DNA of 64,000 bases from Tubiluchus corallicola (lineage: Eukaryota; Animalia; Priapulida), in the NCBI GenBank assembly GCA_030141605.1, contig JAQGDQ010000265.1, positions 250,941 to 314,940 of the forward strand, written 5' to 3'. The notes under the pieces are model-generated. The model was not told where the DNA came from and ran no database searches. It saw only the letters and a list, made by a program, of their open reading frames with translations. Positions 1 to 10,821 of the stretch are shown here, in pieces (the stretch's first letter is position 1; each line of letters starts with the position of its first letter). The position numbers and the translations under genes are program-made.

Positions 1-692
1 ACAGGTTCAGGCATTACAAGCAGCCCTTTAAAATATTTCAGAAAGTTTTCGTTATTGGCTATATCCTCAGGCTCGACAGAGAGTAGCTTCTCTCCAATAT
101 CATTATTTAAGCGTACCTGTACATTCTGTGAGATAGTCTGATTATTAGTTGAGTCTATTCTAAATTTAGGAACAAAGCTACCTGTTCCTATGCTATTGTT
201 CATATTGGCCATAGAAGATAGATCAAACGAAGAAAGGTATATTGCATTCGAGTTTAATGATTCTTCAAGTTCGTAAATATTAAATGTTTGTTGTGTTAAT
301 GTGTCTCCATAAATGCCGTTATATGTAAATGTAAATACAAGAGAGTCAACAACTGCTTCTTCTCCGAAATCGGGTTTGCTAGGCAGTCTTAACTGCGCTG
401 CAAAGCCAGCGTCTGTTCGCCCGAAAGCGGGGTCATAAAAGCTTCCAAATATGTTTGTGCTTGGGGATTCTACTGATACTCGACTGTCAGTAAATGTGAA
501 AGCAGAGTTTGTAGATAATTCAGTTTTAGCATGAGCACTCAACAAGTCTTTATCTGGCAATAAGTTAAGGGCAAGGGTACCATCTCCCTTTTTACATCCT
601 GTAAAGAAGGCTGGTAAAATTACAAAAAGAACGAAGGAGGTTTTGTTCCTCCAGGCAGAATAGCTATAGCGAGACAATCCAGCCATTATCAT
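1..692 (-). CDS. DUF4270-family lipoprotein, 5' part (runs off the window edge)
   Basis: Manual minus-strand translation gives MIMAGLSRY...FVILPAFFTGCKKGDG (lipobox-like). It lies directly downstream of the glycogen synthase-like gene, a common Bacteroidota arrangement. Confidence 0.65.
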   Translation of the reverse strand, partial: MIMAGLSRYSYSAWRNKTSFVLFVILPAFFTGCKKGDGTLALNLLPDKDLLSAHAKTELSTNSAFTFTDSRVSVESPSTNIFGSFYDPAFGRTDAGFAAQLRLPSKPDFGEEAVVDSLVFTFTYNGIYGDTLTQQTFNIYELEESLNSNAIYLSSFDLSSMANMNNSIGTGSFVPKFRIDSTNNQTISQNVQVRLNNDIGEKLLSVEPEDIANNENFLKYFKGLLVMPEP

Positions 693-705
693 ATAAAAAG
701 TAAAG

Positions 706-1509
706 TTACGTAAGGGTGTCGTAAAACTTAGAGTATGCATCAATATACGAACTTTTTGGTTGAAAATCTAAAAAAGGCTTTCTAGCTTCTTTTACATAGC
801 TTTCTACTTCATTATTGATGGTTTCACTCCCTTTTATGGTTGCATCTGAGTAGTCAATGGCCAGTTTGCAAAGGTTAACATAGCTTGGCTCTGAAAGTAC
901 TGATACATCGTCTGCAGGTATTCCGTCATAAGCAATTTTATTTACAACCTCTTTATCCAAAGGTGTCTCAAATTCTTCATCGTATATAGAGTATATGACT
1001 TGTGAGTTTTCGAACAAAGGGTTGTCTTTGTATATTTTTTTCACTAATAGCGGGACAAAGCCGGTAAACCATCCGTGGCAGTGTATTAAGTCAGGTGTCC
1101 ATCTAAGCTTTATGACTGTTTCCAAAACACCTTTTGCAAAAAACATAGCACGTTCGTCATTGTCTGCAAACCACTTTCCTCCTGAATCTTTCAGTACAGC
1201 TTTTCGCTGGAAGTAGTCTTCATTGTCGATGAAGTAAACCTGCATTCTGGCAGCTTGAATAGATGCTACTTTTATTATCAGCGGATGGTCGACATCATTT
1301 ATAACAAGGTTCATCCCTGAGAGGCGAATAACTTCATGTAGCTGATTTCTTCTTTCATTTACACATCCGTACCTAGGCATAAACGTTCGTATCTCTTTCC
1401 CACGCTCCTGAATTCCCTGCGGCAAAGATCTGCCTATATCTGAGACTTCCGAACTTGGAAGATAAGGCGATATTTCCTGAGAAATAAACAAAATCTTCTT
1501 TTTTTTCAT
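706..1509 (-). CDS. Glycogen/starch synthase catalytic-domain protein (Glyco_transf_5, short Bacteroidota type)
   Basis: ILFISQEISPY, RTFMPRYG, DNDERAMFF and PDLIHCHGW motifs; 267 aa. Confidence 0.9.
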   Translation of the reverse strand: MKKKKILFISQEISPYLPSSEVSDIGRSLPQGIQERGKEIRTFMPRYGCVNERRNQLHEVIRLSGMNLVINDVDHPLIIKVASIQAARMQVYFIDNEDYFQRKAVLKDSGGKWFADNDERAMFFAKGVLETVIKLRWTPDLIHCHGWFTGFVPLLVKKIYKDNPLFENSQVIYSIYDEEFETPLDKEVVNKIAYDGIPADDVSVLSEPSYVNLCKLAIDYSDATIKGSETINNEVESYVKEARKPFLDFQPKSSYIDAYSKFYDTLT

Positions 1510-2433
1510 TCGTAGAATGATTTAATCTTTTATACTACAATGAGGACTATTGCTAAATTTCAACTGTTTTAAAAAGTCTGCAGCAAATAGAATGCTCCAT
1601 ATCCCCTGTTCTTCTCTTTAACTATAAAAATATTTTACAAAGTTAAGTAAAACCACTCAATATTCAATACTAAAAAGTTCTATCGTTTAATTTGGCGCTA
1701 ATATGGCAGTTGTTAAGGAACTATTTTAGAGTGATTTGTTGGATTTGACCTGCAGGTTTTATGAAGTATAGCAGAATCAGTGATTATAAAGTAAAAAGAT
1801 TCACCAACTGCTTTTGTAGTGGTATTGATGCTACAAAAGCTGCTGAGGTTTTATCCTTAAATTGAAATAGTGTGTAAGGCGTTATTTTAGAATTTTCAGG
1901 AATGAAGTTTGTCAAAACAGATAAGAAATAAATAATTGTTTTTTGGTGATGTTAGCTGAAGTTTATTTTGGTACGAAAAGCTAGGGGGAGTAAATACGCC
2001 TCAAAAAATGGGAAGAGGTACTTAGAGGTAGCCCGTATTTGGAGTTTTACCGAAAGAAGGTTAGCTAACTTAATGGATAAATTTACATCTGTCCAGCACT
2101 TAAAAGAGTGTAAAAGGAGGTGGATAAAAGCCTTAAAGGTAAGGGAACCAGCAAAAAACACAGGTGTATTTTGCAAAGACAGAAGCATAATAGTTTTGAT
2201 AAAGTAGGTTTGTCTTTAGAGATTCTTTTTGAATGAAGGCCAAAAATCTCCTACTCTAGAGCTTTAATTATTACAGCTGGCAAAATAAGAGTTTATTTCT
2301 AAATAGGCATAATATTTTGTATATCAGGTCTGAATGCTTAGTGTGTCTCTGCTTTTATGATTGCAGATAAGTAATAGTTTTTACCGTATTGGTATATTTC
2401 TTTACTTTTGGAGCCTTAATTTTGAATTGTAGG

Positions 2434-3282
2434 ATGAAGTTTTATACGACAAAACAGCAGCTTATTGCAGCTATTAAGGCTGGGAGAAAGCAAGGGTCAT
2501 CAGTAGGATTTGTTCCAACTATGGGTGCTCTTCATAAAGGACATTTATCACTTGTGGAAAGGTCAGTCCGGGAGAATGAAACTACAGTAGTGTCTATATT
2601 TGTAAATCCTACACAGTTTAATGATTCGGATGATTATAGGAAGTACCCCCGAAGTATAAACGAAGACACTGCTCTGCTTTCCAGCTCCGGGTGTGAATAT
2701 GTTTATATCCCTGGAATAGAGGATGTGTACTCCCAGTCTGATACCCGACAGTTTCATTTTGGAGAGCTGGGAGAGGTGATGGAAGGGGTGTCCAGGCCTG
2801 GCCATTTTAATGGTGTAGCACAAGTTGTGAGCATTCTTTTTGATATTGTTGAGCCTGATAAAGCTTATTTCGGACTGAAAGATTTTCAGCAATTAAGTAT
2901 TATTAAGAGTCTTGTTACACAACTTGATCTTGATGTTGAGATAGTTCCCTGTGAGACTGTAAGGGAAAGTGATGGGCTTGCGATGAGTTCAAGAAATACG
3001 CTTTTGACAAATACACACAGGATGGCAGCCCCACTGATATATCACACTCTTAAGAAGGCCAAAGAGCTTGTTGGTAAAAGGAGTGTAAGCGAGCTAAAAG
3101 AGATGGTTGTTGAGACAATCAATAAGAATCCCTTTTTAGAGGTCGAATATTTTGATATAGTTGATAGTAATAATTTAAAATCTGTAATTTCGCACAGTGG
3201 GCATGAAACGATGGTCGGCTGTATTGCCGTTTTTGCAGGGGATGTTCGATTGATAGATAACGTATTTTTTGAAACGATTTAA
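2434..3282 (+). CDS. panC: Pantoate--beta-alanine ligase
   Basis: [38 protein letters not shown] and RLIDN motifs. ATG at 2434 preferred over the ORF-track start at 2389. Confidence 0.97.
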   Translation: MKFYTTKQQLIAAIKAGRKQGSSVGFVPTMGALHKGHLSLVERSVRENETTVVSIFVNPTQFNDSDDYRKYPRSINEDTALLSSSGCEYVYIPGIEDVYSQSDTRQFHFGELGEVMEGVSRPGHFNGVAQVVSILFDIVEPDKAYFGLKDFQQLSIIKSLVTQLDLDVEIVPCETVRESDGLAMSSRNTLLTNTHRMAAPLIYHTLKKAKELVGKRSVSELKEMVVETINKNPFLEVEYFDIVDSNNLKSVISHSGHETMVGCIAVFAGDVRLIDNVFFETI

Positions 3283-3293
3283 ACTTTTTTATA

Positions 3294-3644
3294 ATGTTTA
3301 TTGAAGTTTGCAAGTCAAAGATTCACAGGGTAACTGTTACCGGAGCAGATCTACAATATGTTGGGAGTGTTACCATTGATGAGGATATTATGGATGCTGC
3401 AGATCTTATTGAGAACGAGAAAGTACAAATAGTAAATATCAATAATGGGGAACGCCTTGAGACATATGTTATCAAGGGAGATCGTGGTTCGGGAGAGATA
3501 TGTTTAAATGGGCCGGCTGCCAGAAAGGTTGCTGTTGGGGATGTTGTTATCATTATTTCTTATGCTATGATGGACTTTGAAGATGCTAAAAGCTGGAAAC
3601 CCCACCTCGTCTTCCCCGATTCTGAGACAAACAGGTTGGTATAG
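3294..3644 (+). CDS. panD: Aspartate 1-decarboxylase
   Basis: [14 protein letters not shown] (G-S cleavage site), NGERLETY and NGPAAR motifs. Confidence 0.97.
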   Translation: MFIEVCKSKIHRVTVTGADLQYVGSVTIDEDIMDAADLIENEKVQIVNINNGERLETYVIKGDRGSGEICLNGPAARKVAVGDVVIIISYAMMDFEDAKSWKPHLVFPDSETNRLV

Positions 3645-3746
3645 GATGCTTGTTTTTTGATCTTGTTTGGCTGGGGTGCTGGTTGTTTGCTAGTGGAGCT
3701 TGTCTATTGAGATCTATTATTGTTTTGATTTCCACTTTTTAGTTTT

Positions 3747-5096
3747 ATGCTTAAAACAAAAACCATTTTTATTTGCCAAAACTGCGGAGTACAGTCTCCT
3801 AAGTGGGTTGGGCGTTGTGTTTCGTGCAACGAGTGGAATACATATGTGGAGGAGGCTGTATTGAAAAAAAAGCCCGGACAGCCGTCTATTATTTCTAAAG
3901 GACTTTACCCTGTAAATTTACAGGATGTGGATTTATCAAAGCAAGAGCGTATTGACATGCTGAATGGTGAGTTTAACAGAGTTTTGGGGGGAGGTCTTGT
4001 TCCCGGTTCAGTTGTCCTTTTGGGAGGGGAGCCGGGAGTAGGTAAATCTACGCTAGTACTGCAGGTTGCACTTAGCTTAAAAGGGAAAAAAACGCTCTAT
4101 ATATCTGGAGAGGAAAGCCTTCAACAGCTTAAAATGAGGGCAAAACGTATTAGTAGGCAGAGTGAAGACTGTTACTTTTTGTGTGAGACCTCCGTAGAGA
4201 TAATTATTTCCCGTATTGAAGAGTTAAAGCCAAATATGGTAATAGTTGACTCTATCCAAACGCTGTCAACAGAGATGGTGGAGTCGTCTCCCGGTAGTGT
4301 TACACAAGTCCGTGAGTGTACAACAAGCATATTGAAATATGCAAAGATTAAGCATATACCGGTCATTTTGATAGGACATATAAATAAGGAGGGTAGCCTG
4401 GCCGGCCCTAAAGTTCTGGAACATATTGTTGATACAGTACTCCAGTTTGAGGGAGACAGGAACTACCTGTATAGAATATTACGTTCGATAAAAAACAGGT
4501 ATGGTTCTACTTCGGGTGTTTTTGAAATGTGTCAGGATGGGCTGCGAGAGGTGCCAAATCCGTCGGAGATACTACTTTCTCATAATAATAAGGGGCTGAG
4601 TGGCACGTCTATCGCTTCCTCTGTAGAGGGAATGAGAGTGTTCATGGTTGAGACCCAGGGGCTTGTAAGTTCTGCCGTTTATGGAACTCCCCAACGTTCG
4701 GCTACCGGATTCGATCTGCGTAGGATGAATATGTTATTGGCTGTTTTGGAAAAAAGGGCAGGTTTTAGGCTGATGACAAAAGATGTGTTTCTGAATATTG
4801 CGGGTGGCTTGAGAGTTGATGATCCAGCAATGGATTTGTCTGTTATTGCTGCTATTCTTTCATCTAATTTTGATGTTGCTATTAACAAGCAAATATGTTT
4901 TGCCGGTGAGGTGGGGTTAACTGGTGAGATTCGCCCTGTAAGCAGGATAGATCAACGAATCATGGAAGCTGAAAAGCTGGGTTTCGAAGAGATATATACT
5001 TCAAAATACAAAAATGGCAATAATTTTTCAAGGTTTAATATTAAGGTAACCCAAATTGAAAGGATAGAGAAGTTGATAAAGCTAATCTTTCGTTGA
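3747..5096 (+). CDS. radA: DNA repair protein RadA/Sms
   Basis: C4 zinc finger, GGEPGVGKST Walker A, IVDSIQT, KNRYG and a Lon-like C-terminus. Confidence 0.97.
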   Translation: MLKTKTIFICQNCGVQSPKWVGRCVSCNEWNTYVEEAVLKKKPGQPSIISKGLYPVNLQDVDLSKQERIDMLNGEFNRVLGGGLVPGSVVLLGGEPGVGKSTLVLQVALSLKGKKTLYISGEESLQQLKMRAKRISRQSEDCYFLCETSVEIIISRIEELKPNMVIVDSIQTLSTEMVESSPGSVTQVRECTTSILKYAKIKHIPVILIGHINKEGSLAGPKVLEHIVDTVLQFEGDRNYLYRILRSIKNRYGSTSGVFEMCQDGLREVPNPSEILLSHNNKGLSGTSIASSVEGMRVFMVETQGLVSSAVYGTPQRSATGFDLRRMNMLLAVLEKRAGFRLMTKDVFLNIAGGLRVDDPAMDLSVIAAILSSNFDVAINKQICFAGEVGLTGEIRPVSRIDQRIMEAEKLGFEEIYTSKYKNGNNFSRFNIKVTQIERIEKLIKLIFR

Positions 5097-5894
5097 TGGT
5101 ACGTGCCATACAGGTACAACCCTGCCATCTTTTAATTTCTTTGCTGTATCTACCAGTTTAAGGCTGTAATAAGCACTAGTGTGTTTAATGCCGGTTTTTT
5201 TAGTAGTAATTGCACTTCCAGGAAGTTCGAGAATCAGGTATTCATCTGCTCAGTCATCACTCAGGGTCATAATAAAGTCATGTTTTTGTTTTGGCGGAAA
5301 TTCAGTACAGAAATCCCTTTGTTTATGCCGGCAGTTTTTACTTCCACCACTTTGTTATCCTCCATAATTTCATCCATCTTTCGAGGTCTTCACAATCGTG
5401 ACCGCTTATTATGGCTATTATATTCTTGCTATCTGATTTTAAGGAGTTTAATAGGAAAATATTGCCTCAGGTCTGGCAATGATTGTAGCAGTTAACCTAT
5501 CTGAGGGAGCAGGAAGTGGTCATCCTTTAAGGGTCAATTTTTGTTGAGATAAAAATTTACTATTTGTATATTTTGATCTGATATACAATAAAGTCCTCTG
5601 GAGACTTAAAAAAGTGTACGATTCATATTGACGATTATACAGTTGTTTTTGAAGTAGTGCATTCTTGGAACAGAAGAGGCAAAGGTCAAGCTGGTAAAGG
5701 TTTTCTTTATGCTATTTTGTTTTGATGTAAAAGAGCCAAAAAAATCAAGTTTGTAAGTGTTTTTTACGTTCATTTTGTCTTAGTGCAAAAGAGCCCCAAG
5801 GTCAAGCGTGTAAGTGCTTTTGATGAGGAGAAAGGGTATGACTCAGGCTGAAAAAAAATTCTAGGAAATAGCAGCAGGGTGCTTAAGTAATAGG

Positions 5895-7508
5895 TCAAAA
5901 TGGGAACTCGTCGTCTTCCAGATCTATTTTTGCTTTCTCTGTTTTTGGCTTTTGAGCATCAGCATGCACGTAGTTGCCGTCAACATATATCGCTTTTATG
6001 CCTGCATCCAGAGGGCATGCGTGTTCACAGGCACCGCAACCAACACAAGTTTCAGTCGTAACTTCCGGAATAAATAGATCGCCATAAGGAACCATTGCAA
6101 CAGCTTTTGTTGGACAGTGTTCAGAGCACGCTCCACAGTCAGTGCCGTCAGTTTCAACGATACAGTTGTCTTTTACAAATTTAGCCTGTCCTACTTGCGT
6201 AATATGTTTTTGTTCCATTGTCAGCGGCTTTATTGCCCCTGTTGGGCACACGTCACCACATACAGTGCAGTCAAAGCTACACAGTCCTGAGACAAAATCC
6301 ATGTGAGGCTGCATAAACCCAATTAGTCCGTATTCACTAAAAGCAGGCTTCAGTACCTTTGTAGGACATGCACTGACGCACAGCGAGCATGCTGTACAAA
6401 TATTATTAAATCGCTCTATTCCTCCTGAGCCGGGTGGAGATACAGGGTGATTCTTATTCTCAGGAAGCATTTGGTTATTTGCGGAGCTGTGGTTGTGCTT
6501 CCCACCTTTACCTCTTTTCCTATGCTGTGCCAGCGCTTTTTCCCCTCCACAAAGGGAGACTATCCCTAATATCAAGAAAGCAATAAAGCTCCTTTTCTTT
6601 AAATCGGTAGTATCCACTTTCAGATCTGTTGTACTTAGTTCTGCACTTGTGCGTTTTTGCTTCATCCTATACAGCGCTCCACCCTCTTTGCATGCAGAAA
6701 TACAGTTGAAGCATAAAACGCAACGACTATAGTCCACCTTTTTGTGTTTTAGGTTAATGCACTCTGATTTGCAAGCACGCATACAGTTACCACATCGGGT
6801 ACACAACTCTTTATCTAATTCAATTTTTAGTATAGAGAATTTGGATAAAAACCCCAGAGCTGTGCCTACTGGACATATCATATTGCAGTACAGTCTTCCG
6901 CGAGTGAAAGACATGAGTGCTACTGCCGTAAGTGATAAAAGGGTTATTGCCATTATTCCCCAATGGATTAGCTGCAAGTCATAGCGATATAAAACAGAGT
7001 ATACTCCAGCTGAGATAAAAGCTTCTGCTCCAATATTGTTTAGCCAGATAACTACAGGTTTGAACAGGTATGATACAGTTCGGCCAAACAGGCTATACGG
7101 ATCAAGAAGAGAAAGGAAAGTAATTCCTCCCATTACCGCTGCTAACACTGTTATGCCCAAAATGGAATAGCGTGTTGCTGTCCACGTCTTTCGATATTTA
7201 TAGCGTACCTTTTTTACTCTTTTTGCTATTTGGGATATAATATCCTGTAATATTCCCAGGGGGCATATGGTTGAACAGTACACCCTCCCAAGCAGCAGAG
7301 TCAAAACCAGTATTACTATGAAACCTAGGTGCAGTATACCTAAAACAGAAATGCTTTTCAAAATAGAAGGCACAAATTGCAGATAAACGGCCCATTCATA
7401 GAACTGCTTGTCCAGTATACCCCTTAAGTCAATAAATAAAAATGTAATGGGTGCAAAAAACAACAGGGCTAAGATAACCCTGAGTTTTTTAAGTAGCGAT
7501 GGCTTCAT
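5895..7508 (-). CDS. Membrane 4Fe-4S binding polyferredoxin (NapH/NapF-like domains)
   Basis: TM helices, two GRxYCxxxCPxG motifs and several CxxCxxCxxxCP motifs. Confidence 0.88.
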   Translation of the reverse strand: MKPSLLKKLRVILALLFFAPITFLFIDLRGILDKQFYEWAVYLQFVPSILKSISVLGILHLGFIVILVLTLLLGRVYCSTICPLGILQDIISQIAKRVKKVRYKYRKTWTATRYSILGITVLAAVMGGITFLSLLDPYSLFGRTVSYLFKPVVIWLNNIGAEAFISAGVYSVLYRYDLQLIHWGIMAITLLSLTAVALMSFTRGRLYCNMICPVGTALGFLSKFSILKIELDKELCTRCGNCMRACKSECINLKHKKVDYSRCVLCFNCISACKEGGALYRMKQKRTSAELSTTDLKVDTTDLKKRSFIAFLILGIVSLCGGEKALAQHRKRGKGGKHNHSSANNQMLPENKNHPVSPPGSGGIERFNNICTACSLCVSACPTKVLKPAFSEYGLIGFMQPHMDFVSGLCSFDCTVCGDVCPTGAIKPLTMEQKHITQVGQAKFVKDNCIVETDGTDCGACSEHCPTKAVAMVPYGDLFIPEVTTETCVGCGACEHACPLDAGIKAIYVDGNYVHADAQKPKTEKAKIDLEDDEFPF

Positions 7509-7520
7509 GTTGAACGCAAT

Positions 7521-8435
7521 CTATATATTAATCCGATTGATTTTCAACTTATTCATATCCATGGTTCCAAAGCCTTCGTCATTACCACTTTTAATGTGCC
7601 CCACCTCTTCCGGTTCCATACCGAAAAACTTCGCAGCAGCAGCATCTGCTGCAACGATATCTGCAGATATTACCTGTGTTTTCATGTTTACAATATCATC
7701 AAGCGATACGCCCATTGGTCCATTTTGAGTCATAACATAATAGGCATCAATGATATTCAGGTCAGGTTTTCGCAGATTAAGAAAGTCTGTGATACACTGG
7801 TGTAAGTCATTTTTATGGTAGAAGCCACGATCCCATACACATCCCATAAGGTTTTTCATAGCTATAGTTAATTTAGTAGAGCTATGGTGTTTTAGTATGG
7901 GAATATTGATAAATACATCACTATCAAGTACCAATTCATGGACAGAGATCTCTTTGAGCCGCTTACCACTCTTTATTTCAACTTTTCGATACATCTTCTC
8001 ATCATTGCCTGGCACAATCTTCCCTCCTGCTTTTTTAACAGCGCTTTCAATCCCGGAGTTTTTATAGCACTTCGTCCACTCATGGCATGTGTGGTCAAAA
8101 ACAAGTACCTCTTTGGCTCCAGCCTGAAAGCAGTGCTCTGTAACCCTTTTTACCAGTAAAGGGTGAGTATTGCCTCCCCTTTCAGGGATTCTGTCCCATC
8201 CAATATTGGGCTTAAGTAGTACTTTATCTCCTTTTTTTACAAATTTCTCCATGCCCCCAAGCGAAGCGATTCCTTTATCAAACATCACATCCGGCTCACC
8301 ACCGCGAACAGCCACTAGGTCGTAGTTGCTATCAGCGCTTTTAGCAAAGATATTTTTCGCTCCTCCAAATGTTAGGGCTGTACTTGTTGCCACTCCTGCT
8401 CCTACACTTGTTCTAATAAAGTTTCTCCTTTTCAT
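7521..8435 (-). CDS. DUF362 domain protein with Tat signal
   Basis: MKRRNFI twin-arginine leader, VLLKPN, INIPILKHH and AMKNLMG motifs. Confidence 0.88.
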   Translation of the reverse strand: MKRRNFIRTSVGAGVATSTALTFGGAKNIFAKSADSNYDLVAVRGGEPDVMFDKGIASLGGMEKFVKKGDKVLLKPNIGWDRIPERGGNTHPLLVKRVTEHCFQAGAKEVLVFDHTCHEWTKCYKNSGIESAVKKAGGKIVPGNDEKMYRKVEIKSGKRLKEISVHELVLDSDVFINIPILKHHSSTKLTIAMKNLMGCVWDRGFYHKNDLHQCITDFLNLRKPDLNIIDAYYVMTQNGPMGVSLDDIVNMKTQVISADIVAADAAAAKFFGMEPEEVGHIKSGNDEGFGTMDMNKLKINRINI

Positions 8436-9005
8436 CTGTTTATAATTTAATTTTCTATTGTCAAAGTAATCATTTATTTGTGTGTGTCCAAAAGCGGTTA
8501 GCTTCAGAAGTACAAATTGGTAGCAGAGCTTTTGTGAGTAATTATATTTTTATTTCCCCTATTTAAATTGTTGCGGGCGTCCTCACTATTAGTTGTTTAA
8601 GCATTAGGAAGTCCGCGCCTTCTGAAGTTGAAGCTGCATTTACCACTGTACAGCATATCACAAATATAATTCTAAAATGAGAGTTTTCCAAAATAGAGAG
8701 AAAGCTGCTAGAGTGCCTGAGTATACTTTTAATAAAAAGGGAAACAGGCTGTTCAAAGGGGTGGTTTTTTGCAGGGTGCAAAATATTGATTCAGGCTGGT
8801 GAAAAGCTTGATAATAAATGTTTGTTTGCAGGTAAAAATGAAAATTTTGATAGGAATGTTAATTAAAAGGATGAGTTTTGCAAAGACTTCAAGCTGTATT
8901 AATTGTGTTCAAGTTTTAAATAGCTATTTTTATGGTCGAGGAAGGTTGTCAGCAAATTGATAGCAGGCGACTAGGTATTTATTATTTATAACAATATTTA
9001 AATTA

Positions 9006-10481
9006 ATGAAAAAGACAGCTTTATTATTATTACTAGGTTTTTACACGGTAAATATTTTTTCTCAGGCCATATACGAGGATGAGCGTTATGTGCCGGAGAC
9101 TGACCCTCTGGTGGTTGAAAAACTGAAAGATTGGCAAGATATTAAGTTTGGACTTTTAATGCATTGGGGAACATATAGCCAATGGGGCATTGTGGAGTCC
9201 TGGTCGTTGTGTCCTGAGGATTATGGTTGGTGCAAGCGAAGAAAAGGGGAAAATCCCGACAACTATTTTGCGTATAAGAGGGAGTATGAGGATTTACGAA
9301 AAACTTTTAATCCGGTTCATTTTGATCCTAATAAGTGGGCTGATGCTGCTAAGAATGCAGGTATGAAGTATGTTGTTTTTACAACCAAGCATCATGATGG
9401 GTTTTGTATGTTTGACAGCAAGTACACTGATTATAAAGTGACATCGAACGACTGCCCCTTTCATAAGAATGAAAAAGCCAATATAGCAAAAGAGGTGTTT
9501 GATGCTTTCAGGGCGGAGGGGCTATGGACAGGGGTCTATTTTTCCAAGCCGGACTGGAATCATCCATCGTATTGGGATCCATACTTCCCCCCTCTGGACA
9601 GAAATGTGAACTATGATCCTGATGAGTATCCTGATAAGTGGGAAGCGTTTGTTCAGTTTACGCATAATCAGATAGATGAGTTAATGACCGATTATGGGGA
9701 TATGGATATTTTGTGGTTGGATGGTGGATGGGTAGCAAAGGTGCCAGAAGAGAGGCTTCATAGGCATTATGAAGAGGCTAAAGAAAGTAAGAGTGGTTTT
9801 ATAAAGAGGCGGAGAGTAAACCAGGATATTCGTATGGATGAGCTGGTGGAAAAGATCAGGGTAAAGCAGCCTGGCCTTATAGTAGTTGACCGCGCGGTAT
9901 ATGGTAAGAATCAGAATTACCTTACACCCGAAAACAGAGTTCCTGAGAAGACGCTTCCTTATCCGTGGGAGTCATGCATTATTTCAGGTGGTGGCTGGTC
10001 TTTTAACCCCAATGCTAAATATATGAGTGGCAGGCAGGGTGTTCACACTCTGGTGGATATTGTTGCTAAAGGGGGTAACCTTCTGTTGAATGTTGCACCG
10101 AGTCCGGAAGGTAAATGGCAGGAAGGAGCTTATAAGCTGCTTGAAGAGTATGGAGAATGGATGGCAGTAAATAGTGAAGCCATTTACAATACTCAGCCGA
10201 TTTATCCATTTAAGGAGAATAATATTTGCATGACCCAAAGACCAGATGGTAGCGTTTATTTTATTTATATGGCTGAAGAGGGGGAGAGGATGCCAACTGA
10301 AATTAGTATTCAGTCATTAAAGCCTGCGAGGGGTGCAAAGATAAAAATGCTTGGTAGTAGTAAAAAACTTAAATGGAATAGGAAGGGAGATAGTTTTGTT
10401 GTGTCTATACCACATGAGCTACAAAATAATCCTCCATGTAACTATGCCTGGGTATTAAAGGTTTCTAAGGTTGCTCAATAG
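9006..10481 (+). CDS. Alpha-L-fucosidase (GH29)
   Basis: Signal peptide, KFGLLMHWG, TTKHHDGF, LWLDGG and GGNLLLNV motifs. Confidence 0.93.
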   Translation: MKKTALLLLLGFYTVNIFSQAIYEDERYVPETDPLVVEKLKDWQDIKFGLLMHWGTYSQWGIVESWSLCPEDYGWCKRRKGENPDNYFAYKREYEDLRKTFNPVHFDPNKWADAAKNAGMKYVVFTTKHHDGFCMFDSKYTDYKVTSNDCPFHKNEKANIAKEVFDAFRAEGLWTGVYFSKPDWNHPSYWDPYFPPLDRNVNYDPDEYPDKWEAFVQFTHNQIDELMTDYGDMDILWLDGGWVAKVPEERLHRHYEEAKESKSGFIKRRRVNQDIRMDELVEKIRVKQPGLIVVDRAVYGKNQNYLTPENRVPEKTLPYPWESCIISGGGWSFNPNAKYMSGRQGVHTLVDIVAKGGNLLLNVAPSPEGKWQEGAYKLLEEYGEWMAVNSEAIYNTQPIYPFKENNICMTQRPDGSVYFIYMAEEGERMPTEISIQSLKPARGAKIKMLGSSKKLKWNRKGDSFVVSIPHELQNNPPCNYAWVLKVSKVAQ

Positions 10482-10503
10482 TTGAGGTTTTGAAAAGCAA
10501 GTG

Positions 10504-10556
10504 GCAATAGCGGGCTTTAAGTACACTCTTTGAGCAAGTATAAAGCCCGCCATTGC
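10504..10556. terminator. Stem-loop between convergent fucosidase genes
   Basis: GCAATAGCGGGCTTTA ... TAAAGCCCGCCATTGC inverted repeat, followed by a T-rich stretch. Confidence 0.55.
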
Positions 10557-10821
10557 TTCTTTGTCTGTGTAATACAAAGAAGCAGGGGAGCGCAATAAGT
10601 TTAAAAAGGCCTTATAACAGGCGTTCTCTTTATGCGTGTGAAGAGAGGTGTCTTTGTGCAGAACGGATGGTTTAAGCCTGTCGCAATAGATTATCTAATT
10701 TAGTGTCAATCCAAAGTAGGAGACACCCGTATTATTTTATTTCCCGGCTAAAGTGGGTTTTCTTTCAAACTTTCCCTTAATAATCTGATAAGCCCTTTTG
10801 TCACGCGAAGGCTTCGTCCCT

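Noticed and set aside
1952-2207. Short ORFs on both strands between the glycogen synthase-like gene and panC
   Set aside because: No recognisable motifs; probably chance ORFs in a divergent promoter region.
5179-5495. 62-aa and 104-aa plus-strand ORFs
   Set aside because: No family signature and atypical composition.
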